DNA from: the human T2T-CHM13v2.0 reference genome, Homo sapiens
Assembly: GCF_009914755.1 (NCBI RefSeq)
Contig: NC_060925.1
DNA: 64,000 nucleotides
Strand: one strand, 5' to 3'
The notes beneath the pieces were generated by a model. It was given only the letters and a program-made list of their open reading frames with translations. It was not told the origin of the DNA and ran no database searches. Below are positions 52,079-64,000 of the stretch, one piece after another. Position 1 is the first letter of the stretch. Every line of letters begins with the position of its first letter. The translations under genes were made by a program, and so were the position numbers.

Positions 52079-52791
52079 TTATTTATGTGGCAGGGCAGAT
52101 ATTGTGGTTACTGAAATGGCTTTTAAACCCGACTCAACTATTTCATTTCAAGTGTGCTGTTCTGTCATTTTCTCTAACGTGGGAAGCTCAGCTGCGTAAC
52201 TTGTAGTAACGAAGCGGAAGTTACAACGAAAAGACAAGTTTTCCTGTGCTTCGCAGGCCCCCCCTCCCCCCCCACCAAGGCCTGCAGTGGATAGAGCCTA
52301 GCAGATCCTGGACAATACTATCCTAAAAGCTACATCTCTGACAGTGATTTCCAGCGACTTTGTCAACACGGTCCGCCCCCAGCAAGTATAAGAGGAAAAA
52401 CAACAAATGTCTTTACTGCCTTGTCTTTCCCCCTTGCCACTTGTCATTATTCAAGTTTTGTAAGTTCCTGATTTCCATTCAGTGCAGCTGCAAGGTTACC
52501 AGCTGTGCTTGCGTTGCAAGACCTGTCACAGTTTGATTAACTGCCTTCTTTCTGCTTCTGTAAGCCCTCTTGCCTGCCCCGCGAGTTTCGCACCATCAAA
52601 TTCCTGCTGCACCATTCAAACTAGCCAACCCCCTTTCAGAAGTGTGTATAAAAGTCAAGCCCCCTGTCTTTCTTCGGGGCTCACGCTAGGCCCGAGTGCA
52701 CTCAATAAAATCCTTCTGTTCCACCCGTTGGTCTCTTTGTTCTCCTGATTCCCGCAACAGTAGTAGGGGACTGCGTTCGTGCTTTCCCCTG
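52079..52791 (+). pseudogene. U1 snRNA pseudogene split by an LTR (5' part 52079-52209, 3' part 52760-52791)
   Basis: TTATTTATGTGGCAGGGCAGAT...GGGAAGCTCAGCTGCGTAACTTGT, then after the LTR GTAGTAGGGGACTGCGTTCGTGCTTTCCCCTG; U1 flanks on both sides. Confidence 0.85.
52210..52759 (+). mobile_element. About 550-bp ERV solo LTR, family unassigned
   Basis: TATA-like gtataaaag near 52646, AATAAA 52704-52709, caaca end, 4-bp TSD GTAA/GTAG; first dinucleotide is CG instead of TG. Confidence 0.75.
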
Positions 52792-54551
52792 GTCTTTCAT
52801 GGTATGAATAATAGACAGCATTTGCTTTTTTCATCTATAGTCGCAGGCCCGGTCTCAGTGATTGTATGGTGTGGTCAGCTGTTTTTGTTTTTGTGAGACC
52901 TTATTTTCTTGTTTACTGTCCTGGGACAGATGTCTGTAGTCACTTGTTTCCTCAGGAGGCAAATTTCAGTCTCTGTGGGGGAGGTCTCTCATGTTAGCTG
53001 TGGTGGTACTTGGCGGGCAGAGCTCAGGGATCTAGGCTTCCCTGCTTTGTAGATTGCTCAGTGGTCCCCAAGGCCTACTGGCTTTTAACACCACTTGAAA
53101 ACCTTAGTGTTTTTCCATTGTCCCCAGAGTCACCTCTTACAGAGCCTCTTTTTTTTGTTTGTATTTTTCCCTGAGACAGAGTCTCACTGTATCTGGTGGG
53201 ATCTTGGTTCAAGCGATCCTCCCACCTCAGCCTCTGGAGTAGCACAGGCACGAGCCATCGCAGCCGGCTAATTTCTGTTCTTGTTTTGTTGTTGTTGTTG
53301 TTGTTTTGTTTTTTTAAGAGTTGAAGTTTCGCCATGTTGCCCAGGTTGGTCTCCAATTCCTGGACTCAAGTGATCTGCCCTGCCTTGGCCTTCTAAACTG
53401 CTGGGATTACACGTATGATCCATCACACCTGGCTAGCCCCTGCTTTTCCCTATAGCATTCATGGGAGTTTGTAGGATTTCTGTGCTGGGGGGAACATGTA
53501 CTCAGCTCATAGAACCAAGTAGAAATTGTACTTGGAACTGGTGCCATTGGGTTGTAGACATAACACGCTTGCTCTTTGTATGGAAAGGGCTTTGCCAGTG
53601 CCCTGGTGCCCCTGCACAGGACATCGAGGCCTGCAGGTCAGAATGGCAGTCTCACCTATGTGTTCGTGTAATACGCAGCAATTCTCCCTGGAATATAAGA
53701 TGGGAGGTCTTGTGAGGTTCCTACAAGTAAGAAGACACATTTCCCTGAAGTTTGTATTGACGAATTTAAAAACTAATAATAACAGCCCAACCTCCTGGAT
53801 GGCAAATGTCCTTTACATTGACAGACCGCAACTGCCCTACTTGCCTCAGCTCCTCCGTGCAGATGCAGCCCCTGATTCCCTCCACACAGGTCATTTCCTC
53901 TCTGCTTTATCCAAAAGAGGGAGACAGGGGTTCTGCAGGAACCGCTAGGCCTTCAGGCCTTTGCTAGGAGCAAAGTAGGGGGAAATGGTCGCTGGAGCTG
54001 GGACCTGGGCACTGGGCCAGGTTGCCCTGCCGGAGGGGAAGTACTCAGGGCTAGAGGGGGCCAAGCACCAAGACCTCAGCATCCTCAACCTCCAAAAGGA
54101 CTCAGAGAGAGGCAGAAACCGAAACAGGGTTCTTCTTTCAAGGAAGACCCCAGGGCTCTGAACCAAAATCCAGATTTTTCCCCATCTGCAGCTTAATTCC
54201 ACCTTAGTTGGTGCAACTTCATCCTTCCCCTATGCTCAGGACAAAAAACGGTTCTTCTATAGCCTGGTCATTCTCTGATCCCATACATCCTATTGGTCAG
54301 AAAATTATGTTTTTTCTTTGGTTAACTGCAGACTTTGGTCTGCACAATCTTTTTCTTTCTTGGTCTGAAAACCACCCCACAGTCCCATATGTAGCTTTTT
54401 TGGATAAACCTAGAAATGGACCCTTCTGGTCTTACAGCTTGAAACTTAATATTTGTTGGCCGGGTGCGGTGGCTCACGCCTGTAATCCCAGCACTTTGGG
54501 AGGCCGAGGCGGGTGGATCACGAGGTCAGGAGATCGAGACCATCCTGGCTA

Positions 54552-54807
<256 letters not shown>

Positions 54808-56397
54808 TCAGGCCTGTCAAAAAAGCTATCAAAGTACTGAAATTCATCCAGAAAATGAGATGCTGGGACCCCTCATTCATCATGATTGCTTCCTTGCTCC
54901 TCCCTAGTTCCTGTTTTCTTACTCATTGTTAACATTTCTTCCCTGCCATCTAAACCTCTGGTTTTGGTTGGTCAGGGAGATGGATTTGAGACTGAGTTCT
55001 CATCTCCCCCACTGCAGCACCCTATTAAAGTGCCTTCCTTGGCGATAAGCGTCTCGGTGATTGGCTTTCTGTGCGGCAACCAGCAGGAATCCCAGATCTC
55101 TGAATTTTGGCAAAGGAGTCTCGTGATAAAGGTGGGATGGATTCTACTGACCAACATCAAACCGTTCAGACATTTGAAAGCCTTAATCTCAGGGTCGGGG
55201 TTTGGGCCGCCCTTGAGCCTTTTCCTTGGGCCTATCCATTAAAATCAGCCTGGCCAGGCCTGTCTTCAAGGTCCAGGGGTAGGGTCAGGTCCTCCCGACG
55301 CTTCTTGACGCTTCTCCCGCCGGGTCGGCAGCCACCCTCCCCTTCCCTGTGACCTGCAGAGAAGCTTCAGGGGGCGTTTATTCAATCTGCGAGGAGCCCA
55401 CGAGGCACAGGCACACGGTGACTCTGGTTCCCACTGCACCCACCGCCCTCCTTGGTCCTCTCGCTCTCTCTGGCAGGCAGTAACGTTCTGGGTGAGCATG
55501 GGTGCTGAAGACACCCAGGCAGGAAGGGTAGGGAAGGGCACCAGCCCCTTAGGTCCTGCGCAGTGGGGATCCAAAAAAGGTCTTGAAGAAACAGAAAGGG
55601 AGCGTTGGGAGTAGATCAAAGGGAAAGAAAGGAATCCTAGGAGATTTCCTGTCTGAAGGCACCATGAAGAGAAAGTCCGCCTCCTCTGGGCCGGGTCCTC
55701 CCGTCGCAGGTGAACCAAGTGCCGGTCTCCATTGGAGACCAAAGCAGATAACTTTGCCCTGACTCCTAGTTAGGAAGCCATGTTTTGTCCTCCCCTGTTT
55801 AGCGCTTGATCCTGTAGCACTTGATTGTCTCTCCCGGGCTTTCTATGGATTCCAGGGATGCAACTGAGAAGTTAGTTTTTAATGCACTTTTGCTTGAAGT
55901 AAGAGTATTTTAGGCTGGGCAAGGTGGCTCACGCCTGTAATCCCAACACTTTGGGAGGCCAAGGTGGGCAGATTACTTGAGGTCAGGAATTTGAGACCAG
56001 CCTGGCCAACATGGTGAAACTCCGTCTCTACTAAAAATACAAAAATTAGCCGCCTGTGTTGGCTCAGGCCTGTAGTCCCAGCTACTCACGAGGCTGAGGC
56101 AGGAGAATCCTTTGAACTTGGGAAGTGGAAGTTGCAGTGCGCTGATCTCAAAAAAAAAAAAAAGAAAGTATTTTAGAATCTTTCGGCAAAGGAAATGAAT
56201 TCTGACAGGTTTTGCACTGAAGACATTCAGATGTGAGGAAAACACGAAAACCACTATGCTAGGGGAAAGCAAATGCTGTTGAGAATGTCTCACAAACACA
56301 AATTACACGTCAGCAGGTAGGTTTGACCCTCAGGTTCGGCACATTTTACTTTAAGTGTACTGTTGGTGGAACTTAGGATGAATCTAGAACATTCACG

Positions 56398-56676
56398 ATG
56401 TATGTATGTATGTGTGTATATGTATATATATACACACACATATATACATATATATGAGCATATATATACACACATATATATACATACACATGAGCACGTA
56501 TATATATGTGTATATATATGTGTGTGTATATATATGTGTGTGTATATATATATGTATATATACATATATATATGTGTATGTATATATACATATATATATA
56601 TGTGTATGTATATATACATATATATATATGTGTATGTATATATACATATATATATATATGTGTATGTATATATATG
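56398..56676. repeat. Compound (TA/TG/CA)n low-complexity tract
   Basis: Directly visible; the paralogous site (28615-28706) is shorter and CA-dominated. Confidence 0.95.
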
Positions 56677-58894
56677 AGAGACAGAGAGACAGGGTCTTGC
56701 TGCCTTGCCCACACTGGTCTCCAACTCTGGGCCTCAAGCGATCCTCCTGTCTCGCCTTCCCAAAGTGCTGGGACTACAGGCGTGCACCACCTTGTCCAGC
56801 CCATTTTAATGTTTTTAATTTAAATACACATTCCAAAAATTATATAACAAGTACAAGAAGCCCGCTTTATGCCAGTTTTACAAAAACAAAGTGGCAACAT
56901 CCTAAAGTACTGAAAGAAATAAAGTTTTCCTAGAATTCTATGCCAAAATGAAAAATCTTTCAAGAATGTGATTGAAATAAGGACATTTAAAGACATACAA
57001 AAAAAAAAAAGAAAGAAAGAATTCAGCAACCCACACGACAAGAAATGCAAAGGGAGTCCTCCAGGCCTAAGGATAAGGATACCAGACAGAAAACTGGATC
57101 TACACAAAGAAATGGAGACTACTGGAAATCGGTATGTACACAGTTAAATATATATGTTCTTCTTATTTAAATCTTTTAAAATAATTTGACCGATTAAACA
57201 AAAGCAATAATAATGGATTGTGGGGTTTATAACATGTCTAAAACCAAATTACATGACAACACCAGCATAATGGCCAGAAGGGGAGGTAGAATGTCACTAG
57301 ATGGCACTGATAAAGATGTATTCTGGAAACCCTAAAGCCATCACTGAAAAAGCAAAAGCAGAAAAGAAGTCGGAGATGCGGTGGACAAGAAGAAAGAAAG
57401 AGTTATAGCTAATAAGCCAACAAAGGGAAGAAGAACATGGAATGATATAAAAACCATGTAATCACTGTGCTGGAGCAACTGCTCTCCAGGCCTCTACCCT
57501 ATAGAAATACACTAGTGGCCAATGAGAAGTGTACAAGAATGATGACTGCAGCATTGTTTGTAATCATAAAATAATAGAGCCAATGTACTTTCAAAGATAT
57601 ATGAAAAGGGTTTTATTTATTTAACAAACACAAACAATTGTACAAACAAGGGAAGCAAGTCCTTTCGCCAAAAGGAACACAGAGGGTCATGATGATGCTA
57701 CTCCTCCAGGGATTTCAGGGTTCCCAGACACCCAGTTTTCTGTCTAGTTCTTCTGGAAGATGTTATTCTTGGGGAGTTATAGGTCCTCGCGTTTGGAGCT
57801 CTTTCATGTTCTCTCTGAATTTTCCCCTCAGTTCCTCCCCATTCTGCTTCAACAACAACAACAACAACAAAAAACAATTCTCACCTCCAGAAGATCCAGC
57901 CTGTGCCTCTGCACGAGCCTTTCAGGAGGTCTGGATGTGTGTTCCACCGCTCCCCGGCTTCTTTCCCCGCTTTTGCTTTTCCCTTCCCTCCTGCCCTCCC
58001 GCCCCAGGACCCTACCACTGCTCAGCTGAGCCCCCGCGGCTCCACCGCGCAGAAGGTGCACTGGAGGCCCTGCCCGTTGCCCTCCCCGGGGGATGCCTAG
58101 AAATCAACGTGAATAAACGCTTTGAAAAAAGAACTTCCCCATGGAAAAATCTCATGATTTCTATTCTTGGGATTCTTCAAGGGACTAAAAGCTAAAGGCG
58201 ACGATGGCCCCGGGAGGTCGAGGCTGCAGTGAGCCGTGTTTGCACCACTGCACTCCAGCCTGGGTGACCTAGCGAGACCCTGTCTCAAAAACAAATCAAA
58301 ACTTCCCCATGGTAAAATATTTCATGATTTCCATTTTCGGGGCTCTTCAAAGGACTAAAAGCTGAAGGTGACGATGGATTAATTCAACAAGTCCTAGTCG
58401 TGCGCGCTGGTGAGTGCCAGACCCTGCTCTCCGCGAGGGGACCCACGAGCCACCCTCACCACCATCCCTGCCCTGGTGGAGCCCCCGTGCGGGACACAGG
58501 ATCCGAAGATGGCAGCGGAAGTTCCGCAGCGGCCTCAAAAGTGACTGGGCAGGGTGGGCACAGGCTGCCTCACTGGGTCAAGGCGGCACAAAGAACCATC
58601 GCGGGAGCCCACCGGGCGTTCAGCTTCCCTTGGGCCCCCAGGCGGCTCAGGTCCGGGTCGGGGCCGGGTGTTTCCGGGGGCTTCTGCTGCAGGTGAGGGG
58701 CAAGGTCGTCCTGGTTCCAGAATCTCCCAACCTGCGGGTCTCCAATGAGACCAACACGATTCACCCCTCTCATCGCTCCAGTTTTCCAAGGCCTTTCACA
58801 GTTGTACTGCCGGGTGGGCTCTGAGGATGGGAGGGTTGGGGAGTGTTTGGTGAGTGCACCCTTCCTATAGCGCCCAGAAGAAGGTACACTACGT

Positions 58895-59230
<336 letters not shown>

Positions 59231-59395
59231 TGACCTCGTGGTCCGTCCGCCTCGGCCTCCCGAAGTGCTGGGATTACAGGTGTGAGCCACCGCGCCCGGC
59301 CGCCTGTTCCAGCTTTTAAAGCGTTCATGCATTATCGATCACTAGATAAACGGGGGAGATTATATCTTCCCAGAGTCCTAAGCCACTCGGGTTGT

Positions 59396-59431
59396 GTCTC
59401 TGTGGCACAATTAGTTGTCGCATCCGAAAGG
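59396..59431 (+). pseudogene. tRNA-Asn 5' fragment lacking the anticodon loop, fused to an Alu fragment
   Basis: GTCTCTGTGGCACAATTAGTTGTCGCATCCGAAAGG aligns to tRNA nt 1-47 with an 11-nt gap. Confidence 0.6.
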
Positions 59432-61175
<1,744 letters not shown>

Positions 61176-62529
61176 GTAATTGTTTGCTGTGGTGACCAAG
61201 TCACACTGGTCCGGAGAAGACAGGTCATAGTGACCTCTTTGATAGCTTTCTGCCAAGTTGCTTATCCAAAGGGAGCAAAATCACAATGGTCCCAGTCATT
61301 TTTTTCTCCTCCCCTTTCCTCTTTTCTTTATAAATGTTGATTTTACTTTTATTTGATGAACACAATCTAATGCCAGTTCCTCTTCTATATTGATGGAGAA
61401 TGAGCATGCAGACAAGTGTCTCTGTATTATTCCTCGACTGATTTCTTTCAGAGGCTATGTCCATAAAAATTAATCCATCTGACACCCATCATTGGAGCCA
61501 ACAGAATCCTGCACCTAACAGGCCCCTGGTGCAGACCTGGATCCTTAGAGCCACTGGTTCTTGTTCCCTCAGTTCTTGTTCTCATGAGCAGAAATTGAGC
61601 TGTTTTGCTTTTATATACTAAGTATGGTCATTGGGCAAGTCCTTCCTTTCTCTATCTCCCTCTCTCTCTTTCTTGCATCATTGTTTTCTGCCATCAGTGG
61701 CATCAGTGTGGGTTTCTGGTTTTGATGTTATGAAGTGAAGTTCTGGGGACAATCTCTGTTGGGTGGTGTTTGACAAGGTGTTTGGTGATACATGACAGCT
61801 AATCTAGTCTGTGAGTCTTTTTTGATTGTCTATTCATTGTCCTGAGGATAATGGTATTTCTTGATATTTGAGACTGCAGCAATCAGAAGTTGCTCATATC
61901 TTGTCTTTCCAATGTTTGGTAACAATTTTTTGGGCCCGATAGCTGTCAATATCTGCAAGAGCGGCATCTCTATTATAAGGACGATCTTACTACTCAATGC
62001 CCCACCCACTCCCGCCACCTAACTTCATTCCATAGGAGCTCTTGGCTTTAACAAATTACTATACCTGAAAGAAATCTTAGTACATAAAGAAAACTAAGTC
62101 TGTGGCAGGTAAGGAGCAGTTTTCTTTGATTCGTATACTCAGGTTTCTAGTAGCTAAAAACCTCTAACCAGCTGAAACACATGTCCTTTAAGGATTAAGT
62201 TTAAATCACACTACAGAAAGGGGAAAAGAGATTTATATGATCACAGATAAGCAATGGAGTCAGCAACATAAGCACTTCTCACAACTATACAAATCAAAAA
62301 TTTTTTTTGCTTAAGACAGAGTCGCGCTCTGTCACCAAGGCTGGAATGCAGTGGCACAATCTTGGCTCACTGCAGCCTTGGCCTCCCGGGTTCAAGTGAT
62401 TCTTGTGCGTCAGCCTCCTGAGTAGCTGGGATTACAGGCGTGTGACACCATGCCTGGCTAATTTTTGTATTTTTAGTAGAGATGGGGTTTGGCCATGTTG
62501 GCCAGGCTGGCCTCGAACTCCTGAACTCA

Positions 62530-62640
<111 letters not shown>

Positions 62641-63221
62641 TTAATGAAAATGGATGAAAAGAAATGATTTACTCACTTTTATACGCTCGGGAAAGAGAAT
62701 GCCCTGCCAGACTCAAAAGGGTATCACAGAATCACTCAGATTTTCAGCACTGAGGGTTTTCCAAGGATCTAATGATGTTCCTTTTTTCAGTTTGTTTCGC
62801 TCACTGATAAGCCTTGTTAATAAATACCATTGCATCTGTTTTCACTTTAAACGATGTTACTTAACACAATTATTTGCTTTCGAATGCCCCCTAGATTGGT
62901 GGAAAGAAATTTTCTGATTTATAAATATATTTTCTTATGAAACCAATTGGCATACTCTTCCAGTGGAGTGAATAGATAAATTAAGTCTCTAAAACTTTAA
63001 AGAGATTACTGCCCCAATTATCTTAAGGACAGTAATAATTACGTATATAAAATTAAAATATGGAAATTAAGCAGGGTGTGGTGGCTCACACCTGTAATCT
63101 TAGCATTTTAGGCAGCTGAGGAGAGAAGAAGGATTGAAGTCAGGAGTTTGATACCAGCCTGGGAAATATGGTGAGACCCCTGTCTCTACAAATTTAAAAA
63201 TGAGCTGATTTTAAAAAACTA

Positions 63222-63359
<138 letters not shown>

Positions 63360-63768
63360 TCAACTCAAAATAAAAGAAAATGAAGAATAATTTCTTGACT
63401 TTTTTTTTTCCCTGCAATGCCAGGCTGGTTGACTCACACCTGTAATCCCAGAAAATCAGGAGGCTGATGTGGGAGGATTGCTTTAGGCAAGGAGTTGGAG
63501 GCCAGCCTGGGCAACAGGGCAAGATGCCATCTCTAAGAAGTTAAAAGGCGGGCTGAGCTGGGAGGACTGCCTGAGCCCAGAGTTCCAGGTTGGTCAGCTG
63601 TGGTTGCACCAGTGCACTCTCACCTGGATGACACAGCAAGACACTGTCTATTACATTTTTTAATTCTACTTATGCTTTAAATGTGATGTTTCATTAGGGA
63701 AAAATTTTCTTGTTGAATTTGTAACATGAAAAAATAATAGATTTAGCTGTAGATTAAATTAATGGTAT

Positions 63769-64000
63769 TGGCTGGGCATGGTGGCTCACGCCTGTAATCG
63801 TAGCACTTTGGGAGGCCGAGGCAGGTGGATCATCTGAGGTCAGGAGTTCGAGACCAGCCTGGCCAACATGGTGAAACCCCATCTCTACTAAAATACAAAA
63901 ATAAGCCAGGCATGGTGGCTGGCACCTGTAATCCCAGCTACTTGGGAGGCTGAGGCTTGAGAATCACTTGATCCCTGGAGGTGGAGGTTGCAGTGAGCAG
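63769..64000 (+). mobile_element. Alu, running off the window end
   Basis: Alu consensus match. Confidence 0.9.

Noticed and set aside
56290-56933. Tyr/Ile/His-rich ORFs
   Set aside because: Translations of a (TA/TG)n tract plus an Alu fragment
57638-58195. 185-aa ORF with a 126-aa paralog at 29929-30309
   Set aside because: Non-ATG starts, differing lengths and no domain; similarity is explained by DNA duplication

Overview
Primate (very probably human) genomic DNA that resembles the chromosome 1q21 segmental-duplication region carrying PPIAL4 retrogenes, tRNA-Asn genes and variant U1 snRNA genes; the locus call comes from recognised sequence, not a database search. Positions 1-26 kb are AT-rich and repeat-derived (Alu, L1, MaLR, ERVL, Tigger) and contain an intact-ORF cyclophilin A retrocopy (5173-5667, minus strand). 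Positions 26-64 kb are a mosaic of old internal duplications. They hold one canonical tRNA-Asn(GTT), a degenerate copy and a fragment, plus three U1 cassettes with DSE/PSE promoters: a near-canonical U1 (G37U), a diverged variant with an altered 5' splice-site-pairing end and an 11-bp shorter PSE spacing, and a copy split by an LTR. Also present are a decayed ERV (gag, env), an HML-2 LTR5 and a young twin-primed pre-Ta L1HS. Nearly all other ORF-track entries are repeat artefacts. I found no clearly new biological system; the best leads concern U1-variant function and evolution. Repeat boundaries are approximate and repeat family names are from memory.
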